DNA of 64,000 bases from the NCBI GenBank assembly GCA_024679065.1, contig JAGIQG010000040.1, positions 7,564,001 through 7,628,000 of the forward strand. Direction: 5' to 3'. Made by a program: the position numbers and the translations under genes. Each line of letters opens with the position of its first letter. Positions within the stretch are counted from its first letter, which is position 1. This DNA comes from Sphyrna mokarran. Taxonomy: Eukaryota. Positions 38,203-51,234 of the stretch are shown here, one piece after another. The notes under the pieces were generated by a model. The model was not told where the DNA came from and searched no databases. It worked only from the letters and a program-made list of their open reading frames with translations.

Positions 38203-38540
38203 TGATGTCAGGCTCTAGGGAGGTAATTCTTTGGTTTGATCTGTTGCATTTATTAAAATTACTGTAGCAAACAGCTTAATGCAATTGCTGCTCAGCTGGC
38301 GTTCATACTTTGATTGTTTACAAGAAGATCTGATGTGACAATGAAGCGAAGTGTTCTGAGATGACAGACAGATCCGAGTCGCATTTTTTTATTAAGAGAC
38401 TCACTAGCCGCCTTTAATTCCGGAATCTGCACGTTCTCCCCGTGTCTTCGTGGGTTTCCTCCAAGCGCTCCCGTTTCTTCCACAGTCCAGAAGATGTACT
38501 GGATAGCTGCATTGGCCATGGTAGATTCACCTTCAGTGTA

Positions 38541-38870
38541 CATAGAACATAGAACAATACAGCACAAACTGGCCCTTCGGCCCACGAGTTGCACCAATCA
38601 CATCTACCAATCCACAGGCCTATCTATAACCCCCTATCCTATTCTTTTCCATATACTCATCCAGAAGTCTTTTAAAAGACCCCAGTGAGTTTGCCTCAAC
38701 AACCTCCGACAGCAGTCGGTTCCATTCACTCACCACCCTCTGAGTGAAAACCTACCCCTGACATCTCCTTTGTATTTGCTTCCCTGCACCTTAAATCTGT
38801 GTCCTCTCGTAGTGACCATTTCAGCTCGGGGAAACAGTCTCTGAGAGTCCGCCCTATCTATTCCTCTCAA
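38541..38870 (-). mobile_element. CR1 family 1 3' fragment inserted into a SINE
   Basis: Homologous to 203-720; host SINE reads GTGTAC ... CTGAAC across the insert. Confidence 0.88.
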
Positions 38871-39279
38871 CCTGAACAAGTGAAGAGTATGACGACGAAG
38901 GGATTATGCAGAAACTTCATTGCAGTGTTAATGCAATCCGATTTGTAACACTAATAAACTATCTTTACAAACAACGATTGCAATCGCATTTTTGGGACGA
39001 TTCCAAGTGCCAAGGTAATTCCCAGATTAAGTTACCGCATGCACACAATAACCTGCAAATAATTATCTATTAAATTCTGAGGATTGCCTCTGGGCAGCTT
39101 ACAAAACAGCTAGGAAGCTCAGATGTTTTGTCCTTTTACTCAATGTGGATAGATATTGCTTAACAAACATAATTTCAGTTAGAGCGCATCCATTTCATTG
39201 AAAAACATACAAAACAGGAGCAGGAGTAGGATATTCTGCCCATCGAGCTTGCTTCGTTATCTAACATAATCAGCGTCCT

Positions 39280-39571
39280 GACACAATGGTTAGTACTGCT
39301 GCCTCACAGCGCTAGGCACCTGGATTCAACTCCTGTTTGCGTCACTCTTTGTGCGGAGTCTCCATGTTCTTCCCGTGTCTGTGTCAGTTTCCCGTGGGTG
39401 CTCCGGTTTCCTCTCACTGTCTGAAAGGCGTGCTGGTTAGGTGCATTTGCATTGGTAAATTCTTCGTCCGTGTACCAAAACAGGCGCAGGAGAGTGGCAA
39501 GAGAGAGGAATATCACAGTAACTCATTGCAGTGTTAATGCAACCCTACTTGTGACACTAATAAATAAACTT
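39280..39571 (+). mobile_element. tRNA-derived SINE, second tail type
   Basis: Head TGGTTAGTACTGCTGCCTCACAGC, core, tail CTACTTGTGACACTAATAAATAAACTT. Confidence 0.85.
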
Positions 39572-41193
39572 TCCAAACATAGATTTCAACCGCATTTTGG
39601 GATGACTCCCAGTGTCATACAACCTACCAAATTAAATTGGCAGTTGCGAACAATCGCCCTGCAAACACTTACCTGCAAAATTCTCAACAGTGCACTGAGT
39701 GCCTTGCAAAACCATCAGGAAGCTGGGAGGTTTTGTCTCTTTTATTCAATATGTAGAGATATTGTTCAGCAAAGTTAATTATAGTGATGGCATATCCATT
39801 TCATAAAAAACATATAAAATAGGAGCCGGAGTTGGGCACTCGGCCCATTGAACTTGCTTCGTTATCCAACATATTCGTTGCTGATCCTTTACCTGGACAT
39901 CGTACTCCCATGTGCATCCCATACTCCGTGGCATCATATAAATCGTTCTATTTCCTTCTTAGATATATTCAGTTATTTGTCTTCCATGGCCTTCTGTGTT
40001 AGATAATTCTACAAGTTCACCAATCTTCCAGTCTGTGTGCACTTTGTTCAGGCACATAAACTTCATTATCTCGCATGAGCACTTGCTGGAGAGCAGTGTG
40101 CGATCATGTAATTCCAACAGCTGCAGAGAGTCACGCATGTTCACCCCCATATTCTTGATTCATCAGGGCAACATGCAGAATTCAGAAGGGCGCCAGTGTA
40201 AAGTAGATGGCATGGAAGCAAACCACAGTCCCCATGGTCACGGGTAAAAGAATCCCACATGACTGGGTGTGCTCGGTAGAATAGGAAACCGCTTCAGGCA
40301 GCAAAAGTGTTGTTCGTAGCCAGCTCTGTGCCTTAAAAAAGTCACAGCAATTGTTTTATTTCTTGACGTCGAGATGGATTGGGGTAGGCAGAGTAAGAAA
40401 TTTCACAACGCCTCACCTGACTCATTTGATGAATGAGCAGCACTCTAAAAGCACGTGATCCAAATAAACCTGCTGTTTTATGCCTTCATATAGGTAGACG
40501 TCAGAGAAGTATTCAGGAGCCGAAGATTTGCAACACAGTGCAATTGTCCACAGGAAGTTTGCACACCTGGGCAGCTGCCTTGCGAATACTTTCATGGGGA
40601 TTTCTCGGAAGAAATGTTCCCCGCAAATTTGGTGTGCCCCAGTGTAACGCTGGGAGCCCTTAAGTTATCGCCCAATTCAACAGTATTGAATTACCCTTGC
40701 GAATAAGGCCAACACTCCATCTTTTATCAAGCTGTTAGCTGGCCGATCATGCTTGCTTTGGGCGACTCATGAACAAGAATATATAGGTCCATCATCTTCA
40801 CTATCTCCTTTCCTTCCTTTGGTGTCGCATGCTTTGTCTGTTTTGTCTGCAGAAATGAATACTTTTCATTGTATGCTAACAAAAGCGACAATAATAAATC
40901 AAACCAAATCAAAAACCACTGAAGCTTTCACCAGCAGGCAGGCTTTCTCAGGAAGTACCAGGGCAACATCGACCAATTGTGGACGACCACACAACAGTTT
41001 GGATTCTCAGTGTTGATCAGGCCACTTGGTCTGCCTATCAGTCTCCCAGAGAAAGTTGCCTTCAGATATCATATGGGGAATGGATAATGACCCAGCCGCT
41101 ATATTTGAAGGCCTCCTCAGTGTAGACCAAGGAAAAGACTGGAATGTTTGCACAACGAGTGGCAAGCCCTTGGGAGGACTTCAGATGGGTTTT

Positions 41194-42010
41194 AAAGAAC
41201 AAAGAACAAAACAGCACGGGAAACAGTCCCTTCGGCCCAACGAGCCCGTGCCGCTATCCCGACGTTCCCACCTCTACCCGTGATCCCTGTCTATGTTTAT
41301 AGATCTATGGATTAAAAAACAAATTTGAGACAATTTAGGGAGAATTTGTTCTGCCAATTAGCCTAAGAGTATCTTTGGGATGTGGAAGGAAACCGTAGCA
41401 CCTGGAGAAAATCCACGCAAGCATGGGGAGAATGCGCAAACTCCCACAGATATAGGCCCAAATCCATGTATCTGCACAGCGCAGCGATAGTCACTGAGCT
41501 GTCGTGTTGCCCATCAAATGGTCCAGGTCAAGCGTATACTAACGACGTGAAGCACTAGGATACTCTCGAAAAAAAATCCAAGAGCAGCCCTCTCACGACA
41601 CATCGCGTGTATGCCCCTTGTTAGACAACAAGGTGGATCAAAGCACCTGTGGGATAAAAGCAAGTACATCAATATCATCATCTATTTACACGCTTCCCAG
41701 GGACTCCCAAGGCTCATGATCCCTATTTTAAGTCAGTTTTCTATACCCCTCCATTCCCATTCTGTTCATGTGCCCATCTAAGTATTTCCTAAATACCTCC
41801 ACAGTACCTGCCTCCACCACTTTACTTGGCGGCGCATTCCATACCCCCACCACTCTCTGTGTGAAAAAAAACTCCCTTTAGCAACCAAATTATACCTTAC
41901 CACCATCCCCCACCCCCCCCTCACTCTAAGCCCGTGACCCCTCGTGCTATTTGAGTCCATCCTAGGAAAAAGCTTAACCCTGTTTATTCTATCTATACCC
42001 CTCATAATTT
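41194..42010 (-). mobile_element. CR1 family 3 3' part with long 3' UTR
   Basis: MRGIDRINRVKLFPRMDSNSTRGHGLRVRG; UTR homologous to 59345-59892. Confidence 0.88.
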
Positions 42011-42344
42011 TGAATGCAGCTCAGGTGCATTTCCTAAAAAGATTCAGCGTTAGTGGTGAAAATTGAAAACTTGAAATTGTTGGCGCCAGTGAGTCGGTGC
42101 ACAGCACTCCTGCAACTCCACAATACTCAGAGACCGAGTTCCAAAGAGAATTAGTTTTCAAATTATTATCCAAAGTGCAAATTGAAGACAAAATAGTTTA
42201 TTCTGTAATTCCACATGACAGTTCGTTAAACAGTTTAACTTCCTGTTCTCTTCTGCGTTCTAATTTGGAAATTGTATTTACGCATCAGCCTCGAGTGTTC
42301 TTGAGATTCAATTATCAATGGAACCAGCTGCACAATGTCGCATT

Positions 42345-42657
42345 GGTTAACTTTGCTGTTTCACAGCGCCAGGGACCCGGGTTCAATTCTTACCTCGCGT
42401 GACTGTCTGTGTGGAGTCTGCACGTTTCCCCCGCGTCAGGATGAGTTTTCTCCGGGTGCTTAGTTTCCTCTCACAATCCAAAGATGTGCGGGTTGGGTAG
42501 GTTTTCCATAATAATTTGCTCTTTCTTGTCAGGAGAGTAGAATTGTACACCCATGGGTTTATGGGGGTTAGGACCTGGGTGGGATTGTTATCCATCAGGC
42601 TCCATGGGCCGAATGACCATCTTCTGCACTGTAGTAACTGCACTGCAGTAATTCTAT
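42345..42657 (+). mobile_element. tRNA-derived SINE
   Basis: CACAGCGCCAGGGACCCGGGTTCAATTC head, V-SINE-like core. Confidence 0.8.
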
Positions 42658-43184
42658 GAACAAATGAAATGATGAGTCAAGCAGGTAGGGTTACAATTAT
42701 GAGATAGTTTAGATTTTTACAATGCCAATCACCGCACACTCCCTTACGTTATACTCTATTTGTTCTTCCTTCTTTACTGAACCTATGTTTCTTGATTTTA
42801 TGTCTTTCTCCACTTCACATTTTATGCAAATACATGCAGTCAAATGAATTTGTAGAAGCATAGGTGGTTCGGCGCCTTGAGCCTACCCCACTATTGGTAA
42901 CACTATGGGTATTATTATATGGATTCTACTTTCATGCCAATTTCTTGTACATTTCAAAACCCTTCATCAAGCAACAATCTCTTTAACTCATTACTAACTT
43001 GTTCAATAGCCCTGTACGCATTCCCATTTGGGGAAAACTGTCAAATGGATGAATGGTCATCTGAGAGAGGACAAACCCATATTTAAGCATATTAAATGGG
43101 AGAACTATTATTTGGAAGAAGTATACACTCGTGCTAGCATCATTCACAAGGGAGCAAATTCTTTCAGCATCCTCTATGTTGAAA

Positions 43185-43467
43185 CTTATTTATTAATGTC
43201 ACAGGTAGGCGAACATGAGTACTGCAATGAAATTACTGTGAAAATCCCCGAGTCATCACATTCCGGCACCTCTTCGGGTACACTGCGGGAAAATTTAATA
43301 TGATCAATGCACCTAACCAGCAGATCTTTGGGACTGTGGAAGGAAACCGGAGCCCCCGGAGGAAATTCATGCAGACAAGGGGACAACGTGCAGACTCCGC
43401 ATAGATAGTGACCCAAGATGGAAATTGAAACCCGGTCACCGGCACTGTGAGGTAGCAATGCTAACCA
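43185..43467 (-). mobile_element. tRNA-derived SINE, second tail type
   Basis: Core plus ...TTCATTGCAG...TGTGACATTAATAAATAAG tail. Confidence 0.8.
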
Positions 43468-43729
43468 AGTTAGCTCAAAACGTTATATCACCAAACATAA
43501 TCATGTCTGATTATTGTAAACCCCAATAACAATATATCCAATCTGTCAAAATATTCTACATCTCTATCACAGTAATTAATCGAATGGACCTAGCCCTCAC
43601 TACTTTCAATGCAATCATTCATATTCTTGTATTAGAAGGCGGGAAGAATTCACACTACTTCAGGGTGGTTTCTCCAACAGTGGCAAAATATTCAACTTTA
43701 CATTGAATTCACTTTTCAAAAAACAACAA

Positions 43730-44015
43730 CGTTAGCACTGCTGTCTTACGGCGTCAGGGACCCAGGTTCGATTCCTGGCTTGGGCCGCTGTCTGAGTGGA
43801 GCTTGCACATTATCCTTGTCCGCGTGGGTTTCTTCCAGGCGCTTCGGTTTCCTCCCGTTGTCCAAAGATACTGCAGGTTAGGTGGATTGCCAACGTTAAA
43901 TTGTCCTTTGGTGTCAGGGGAACTAGCTATAAAAAATGCCTGTGTTTATGAGGATAGCACCTGTTGGTGCTGTCTCTGTGGGCCGAATGGCCTCCTCTGC
44001 ACTGTAGTATTCTAT
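43730..44015 (+). mobile_element. tRNA-derived SINE, CR1-type tail
   Basis: B-box GGTTCGATTCC; GGGCCGAATGGCCT tail. Confidence 0.8.
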
Positions 44016-45039
44016 GTTCCATTTGCCTTCATCATTCGTTCTGTACATGTAGGCTAATGCCCAGTAATTCATGGACTCGAATATTAACATTTGCGCTGCT
44101 GTGTTCTTCAATATCTCAAATGTCTCAAAACTCTTGCGATTTCAGTAACATGTATTTCCATTCTTCCTGCCAAAGTGGACAAGTTCATTTTCTCGGCACA
44201 TTATATTCGATCTACCTGCCTGAGGCTTATCAACGGGTTCAGTAAATATACATTTGTTCGTCATATTCAAATATTTGATATAGTTTGTAAATAATTGAGA
44301 GCCCAGCACTGATCTTTGTGGTACTCCAGTCATTCCATTTTACCACTTGAAAATAATCCATTAATCTTTCGGTTACCTATCAGGTCAAAACTTCTCCAGG
44401 CATACTAACATGTTAGTCTCCATTAAAGTATGGGCTCTTTTGCAACTTTTGATATTGCACCTTGATAATTGCTTTGTGGAAATACAGGTACATTGCATCT
44501 ACAGGTTACAGCTTAGTTATAAATTGCAAGTAAGTGATCCTAATTAAGTTGTCATAGTAAGAGATGGAATTATGCATTTCAGATATCCATGAAAGACTAG
44601 TAGTTGTTTCACTTAACCACCATGCTAATATAAACCGGTTTCTGCTCTCTGCCTTCTAGCGAAAAGGAATTGGGGCTTCCAAACCAGCTTAAGTGATTTC
44701 AGTCTTGCTATGACTTCAGCCTAACACAAGCAAGTGGAACGGTGATTTCTCACTGATTCCTTCAATATATAGATTATTGCATATTCCATTAACTCAGAAG
44801 TATGCTCTTTAAGTTATTGTTATTTACATCCTGTCCAGTCATTTGTAATAAATAGCTGAAGGGGCTGCAGTTATTGTCACGTCTTCTAATACTTGTACTG
44901 TCACAGAAAATGAAATTTTCTAATTCATCAATAAGCAATGATTAATTGAGCAAATTATTTTCATTCTCATTTGGAATCTTGTCATCTCAGTTTCAATATG
45001 GCTAAATGTGAGATGCACATTTTCATTAGCAGAGTAAGT

Positions 45040-45337
45040 TTAAAAGTTTATTTATTAATGTTACAGGTAGGCTTACAACAGCATCGCAATGAAGTCATTG
45101 TGAAAATACCCTTGTCGCAACACTCTGGCACCTTGCTACATTGAGGGAGAACTTAGCATGGCCAATACAACTAATTAGCACACCGTTTGGATCGTAGGAG
45201 AAAACCAGAAGCACCCAGAGGAAACCCATGCAGACATGGGGAGAATGTACAAACTCCATACAGACAATAACCCAACTGGGTATTGAACCCAGATTTATAG
45301 CGATGTCAGGCAGCAGTGCTAGCCACTGGGCCACCAT
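45040..45337 (-). mobile_element. tRNA-derived SINE, second tail type
   Basis: GGTGGCCCAGTGG head, core, AATAAATAAACTTT tail. Confidence 0.8.
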
Positions 45338-46809
45338 GCTGTGATATTGCAGTAAAATTGTGTGGATAATAATTATCTAAAATGGGAAAATTAATGTTTA
45401 GGGATTGAGACAAACAAGACATTAATAGTGACTGTGCATATTGATAAGCCCATGACAGAGCAAGCAAATACATTTACACCCTGAGCAATACAACTGAGAA
45501 GCAGACACCTTGTGTTAGAATTGTAGCAGCTTTGGCAAAATGACACTCGAAGCATTGAGAACACGTTTGCTGCCCATATTATGTGCAAAACAATATATTA
45601 ATGGCGGTACTGGAGGGGATGCAAAGAGATTCATCAGTAGTCTGTTAGAGCAGAAAGACAGAACTCAAAGAGTTGTGAACCTGTGGAATTCTCTACCACA
45701 GAAAGATGTGGAGCCAATTCATTAGATATGTTGAAGAGGAAGCTGGACGTTGTCCTGGCAGCTAAATGGGTGAAGAGTTGTGAAGATAAAGCAGCAATGG
45801 GATATTGAAATTGTATGATTAGTCATGATCATATTGAATAGTGATGCAAGCTGGAAGGACCGAATGATCCATTCCTGCACTTTTCCTCCATGCTTCTATG
45901 TAACTAAAATGAAGTATTTACCAGCAAGGCATGAAAAATCTATGGCTATTTACTCCAGTAAATGCAATGTGAATCTGTCACTGATATAAGTTTTAAAGGT
46001 TAGTTAATTTATTATAAGCCGAATGAAGAGTAAAATGTTCCCACTATCAGAACCATGGGCATTTCTATAAGATCATCAATGACGTATTGATAGAAATTCA
46101 TGAGCTTTTTTTTCACACAAAGCATGTGAATTTCATTCAGACCTGGAGTTTTCTTTTAACAGGAAATCATAAAAAGTTTGAAGGGAAAGTTCAGTAAGAT
46201 TTTAGAAACATTCAAAGTACCTGCTACAAAAGCAACGGCTATAATACCAATTCTGGGTTTTATAAGAAAAGATTAGAATTAGAAAATCAAAGATGTGAAG
46301 TTAAATCTTTATAACGATTGGTCTAGCCACAACTGGAGTATTTTGCAACACTTTTCAGGAAGAATACAAAGGCTTCAGAAAGGGAGTAGAGGAAAGTTAC
46401 AAAATTGTTTGAAGGAAGGAGGGACGTCCGCTATAGCTATTGAGTGGATAACTCTTCCTAAGGAGGGGAAATGTTATATGGAGATATTGAACACCATGTG
46501 TCTGCAGTTAAACAGCAGCTGTTCCTATTCGCATCACAACACAGAACTCATTGAATTGAGGTGAACAAAAATGTAATCTAAAGCAGTAAGGTAAAAACAG
46601 CGGGTAAGATCTGCAAAGCACTGGCTGGAAGTGTGGTGAAGGTAAGTTCAGTCGTGGCTTTCACTAGGATGTCCGGTAAGTACTTGAAGATTTTTTTAAA
46701 AAATGCACGTTTGCAGCGTAATGTCAGGCTGATTTTCCCTTGGAAATGGTCGTCGCTGTCAAGGCAAGCTCAATGGCCTCTTATACCCTAACTATTGATA
46801 ATTATAAAT

Positions 46810-47100
46810 ATTAAAGTTTATTAATTGCCATAAGTAGGCTTACATTCACACTGCAATGAAGTTACTGTGAAATTCCCCCAGTCACCACACTCCAAAGCCT
46901 GATTGGGTACACTGAGGAAGAACTTAGCATTGCCAATGCATGCAACCCACACATGTTTGTAATGTGGAGGAAACCAACGCAGACACGGAAAGAAACTGCA
47001 AATTCCACTTGCTGAAAGTGTGGTGACATTGACACTGACAGTGACTCAAACTAGGAATCGTATCCGGGCCCCTCGCACTATGAGGCAGTAGTGCTAATCC
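46810..47100 (-). mobile_element. tRNA-derived SINE, second tail type
   Basis: Core remnant and AACTTCATTGCAGTGTGAATGTAAGCCTACTT tail. Confidence 0.7.
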
Positions 47101-47746
47101 TGTGCTATCGCGGTGCTGTTCTGTAACCTAAATAAGTAAATAAAAAAAATGTTTCTTTCAAGAGGTGATTGGATATAGCATTAGGAGTGAATGGGAAAAA
47201 AGGTTATGGGGAAAAAGTGGGATCAGGCTATTGACTTCAATGGTCAGCCATGATTGTAATGAACGGCAGAGCCAGCTCAAAGGGCCAAATGGCCTCCTTC
47301 TGCTCCTTTCTTCTATGTTTCTATATAAATTGATAACAGCGTTAGAGAAAAGTGAGTGACTTTGCTGTGGATCAACTTTGAAATCGATCCATTGAACTTC
47401 TAGGCAGAAAGGTATTGTACTTATTATGCTACAAAATCCATCTGTCCATCTATGGTTCTTTAACTATGCTTAGAGTCCAAAGCTCCATTTCACCATTACA
47501 AGTTAATTGAATTAATATATGTAGACATAATTAACTGGGTTTTATTTTTCTCTAGATGTTTTCATGACATTTTAAATACGGTCTATTTTAGGAAACACCC
47601 TCAAGAAAGTGAACTGTTTGTTCAATTCCCTGTAACTAACATGCACATGGGTGCTATCTAATTATATTGCCACTGATAAATAACAGATCGTTTCTGGCAT
47701 AGCACACACATTGGAAACATCTCGAGAACACAGGCTCACAGAGGAA

Positions 47747-47816
47747 ATGCACTCGCCAGCAAATGGTCCTTTATATGCCATTTACTACCCAGTCCTCGCA
47801 GCAATTGGAGTTCCAG
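47747..47816 (+). CDS. GPR139-like paralog C, exon 1
   Basis: gaaATG; MHSPANGPLYAIYYPVLAAIGVP + 1 nt, donor GTGAGA; 70 nt, phase 1. Confidence 0.88.
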
Positions 47817-47825
47817 GTGAGATAT

Positions 47826-48451
47826 ATAGAACACATAGAACACCACAGCACAGAACAGGCCCTTCGGCCTTCGATGTTGTGCCGACCAAAATAAAAAGCA
47901 ATGCCCCTCCAAACTAAACCATTCCCTTCTCTTCCATATACTTATCAATTATCCTCTTAAACGCCACCAAACTTGGCGCATCTACAACAGCTGCAGGCAG
48001 GGCAATCCACTCCCTAATCACTCTTTGAGTAAAGAACCTACCTCTGATATCCGTCCTATAACTCATACCCCTTAATTTAAAGCTGTGTCCCCTCGTGCTA
48101 GCTTTCTCCATCCTAGGAAAAAGGCTATCACTGTCCACCCTATCTAAACCTCTAATCATCTTATATGCTTCAATAAGATCCCCTCTTAGCCGCCTCCTTT
48201 CTAACGAAAACAACCTCAAATCCTTCAACCTATCTTCATAGGACCTGCCCTCCATACCAGGCAACATCCTGGTAAACCTCCTCTGTACCCTCTCCAATGC
48301 CTCCACATCTTTCTTATAATGTGATGACCAGAACTGCACACAATACTCCAAGTGCGGCCGCACTAGAGTTTTGTACAGTTGCAACATGATGCTGCGGCTC
48401 CTAAATTCAATCCCCCTACCAATAAAAGCTAAGACTCCATATGCCTTCTTA
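47826..48451 (-). mobile_element. CR1 family 2 3' fragment in the paralog C intron
   Basis: KKAYGVLAFIGRGIEFRS...EEKGMV; tail at 47826. Confidence 0.92.
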
Positions 48452-48630
48452 TGCCTCCATATGCCTCCATATGAAGGCAACTTTACGGGTTATTGGTGAG
48501 CTTTGCGCAGGATTAGTCCCAATCTATATCCATACATGTAGGGATATGTGTTGGATTTAAAAGTCACCATCAATATGAGAACACGTAGCCTCAAAACCAA
48601 AAATGCCCATGAATTTCTACCCATACGTCA

Positions 48631-49473
48631 AAAGTTGCAGCGGGACATTGACAGGATACAAGACTGGGCGGAGAAGTGGCAGATGGACTTCAACGCGGAT
48701 AAATGTGTAGGGGTCCATTTTGGCAGGAATAATGGGATGAAGGAGTACAATATAAGGGGTAGGAGTCTTAGCTGTGTTGTAGAGCAGAAGGATCTCGGGG
48801 TCCGGGTCCATAGGACTCTTAAATTAGCCTCGCAGGTGGAGGAAGTGGTCAAGAAGGGGTACGGTGTACTGGCCTTCATTAATCGAGGAATAGAGTTCAG
48901 GAGTCAGGAGGTAATGATGCAGCTCTATAAGACTCTTGTCAGACCCCACTTGGAGTATTGTGCGCAGTTCTGGTCGCCTCACTATAGCAAGGATGTAGAG
49001 GCTATTGAGAGAGTGCAGAGGAGATTTACAAGGGTGCTGCCTGGATTGGGAGGCAGGCATTATGAAGATAGGTTGAGAGAGCTGGGACTCTACTCCCTGG
49101 AGAGACGTAGGTTGAGAGGCGACCTGATAGAGGTTTATAAAATGTTGAGAGGAATAGATAGGGTGGACTCTCAGAGACTATTTCCCCGAGCTGAAATGGT
49201 TACTACAAGAGGACACAGATTTAAGGTGCAGGAAAGCAAATACAGAGGAGATGTTAGGGGTAAGTTTTTCACTCAGAGGGTGGTGAGTGAATGGAATGGC
49301 TGCAGTCAGAGGTTGTTGAGGCAAACTCGCTGGGGTCTTTTAAAAGAATTCTGGATGAGTATATGGAAACGAATAGAATAGGGGGTTATAGATTGGTCTG
49401 TGGATTGGTAGATGTGATCGGTGCAACTTGTGGGCTGAAGGACCTGTTTGTGCTGTATTGTTCTATGTTCTAT
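48631..49473 (+). mobile_element. CR1 family 1 3' fragment
   Basis: LQRDIDRIQDWAEKWQMDFN...RRRLRGDLIE; GTTCTAT tail. Confidence 0.92.
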
Positions 49474-49740
49474 ACGAATACTTCAATTGTTCTTGAACCC
49501 TGATGCAAAACAAAGAATCCAACTCAAACAGGTATTGCATGATATTACTACAACCTTGTCTAAGTATTGGCATAGAATGGGATTGTTGTCGGTAAAATAA
49601 TACCTCAGACTGTTAGTGCGTCAAAATCCAGTAATTTTTATTTCAAAACTCTGCAGTGTATTCCAGAATTTTGGGAGAAGTAGGATTACAGACTTCTCAT
49701 AGAACACAAACACAAGTAGGTGTTTATACTTATGAAGACG

Positions 49741-50053
49741 GGATAGGGTGGATAGTGAGAGCCTTTTTCCTCGGATGGTGATGACCAGCACGAGGGGACA
49801 TAACTTTAAATTAAGAGGTGGTAGTTATAGGACGGATGTCAGAGGCAGGTTCTTTACACAGAGGGTGGTGAGGGCGTGGAATGCCTTGCCTGCAGCAGTT
49901 GTGGACTCGCCTACTTTGGGGGCATTCAAATGTTCGGTGGATAGGCATATAGATGATATTGGAATAGTTTAGGTTAGAGGGTCCACTGGCCGGCGCAACA
50001 TCGAGGGCCGAAGGGCCTGTACTGCGCTGTAATGTTCTATGTTCTATGTTCTA
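49741..50053 (+). mobile_element. CR1 3' fragment (family 2-related)
   Basis: DSESLFPRMVMTSTRGHNFKLRG; (GTTCTAT)n tail. Confidence 0.88.
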
Positions 50054-51234
50054 ACTCCAGCAGGAATCATAATTCAAAGTTCCAATTCCTGCCAGACCTC
50101 CACTTCTTCCTTTCTGGGTCGTGATGCAGCCCTAGAGCTAATCAGGAATTACAGTCCTGCAGTCAGGACAAAGGAAATTCCTTCGGCAACAGTACCGACA
50201 TCCCTGTCTTTGAAGTTTATTGTGCAATCACGGATGTCCCAGCAAGACTCTTCCCGTTAAAATTCTGTATCGCGATCTGCCATCAGCAGCTGTTAAAAAC
50301 CGGTATCGTAACCCTCCATCTGTGCAATGATGTCCTACTAATATAAACAGGTCAGATTTGCAAAGTCTACAAAATAACAGCTACATTAAACTACCTGTCT
50401 TTATACAAATGAGACTTAAAGCATGTAAGACTTAACCAAATAGCTTATATTAATGCCAGGAGCAGTATAAGCTAAAGTAGATCAGTCATGATGAAGGTTT
50501 ATGTTTGTGACATATTCTAGGTACAAAACACATTAACCCTTTCCCTTCAGGTACAAAATGCATTCACCTTTTCCCTACTTCAGGAATAAATCTATTCTGA
50601 CACTGAGTTGACGATATCTTTAGCCTTCAGAACATTTACAGTGACATAACATGAATGTAAAAACCACCTAATCAAAATAATTTCACCCGATGTAAGGTCT
50701 GACATATTTAACACAGCACAGAATGAACATAGTTTGAAAATACTATTTTAATCTAGTCTAAATGCTTAGAATCAGTGGACGGGGTGGGAAAACAAAATTG
50801 TTCTGAGAAGAATTTGAAACTATAGGGTGACGTGATGGCACAGTGGTTAGCACTGCTGCCTCACAGTGCCAGGGAACTGGGTTCTATTCCAGGCTTGAGT
50901 CGCAGTCTATGTGATGTTTGCAATGAAAGGTGCAATGGCAGAATGGCACGGTATTAATTGAGTTCTCAACAATTGCAATTTATATCTCAAAATTTCACAA
51001 ATTTCTTTAACACAAATGCATTCATCTTACGTAATCATTTGATAAAGATAATCGTGTCATAATTGTTACCTCCAGACTACCATGTTCAATTGCCTTCAAT
51101 TTTCCTTCTTGATGCCAATTTCAGAGCGCTGAAAATTCAGGTCCTGTTAGCACGTTACAGTTTCTCTAGTTACTCATTTTCCTTACTCAGTAAAACGTGT
51201 ATCGAATGGATGCATATTTACATAAGGAATAGAG

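Noticed and set aside
50839-50870. CACAGTG heptamers in SINE heads as cryptic RSS
   Set aside because: They are part of the tRNA-derived A-box region; nonamer match is poor.
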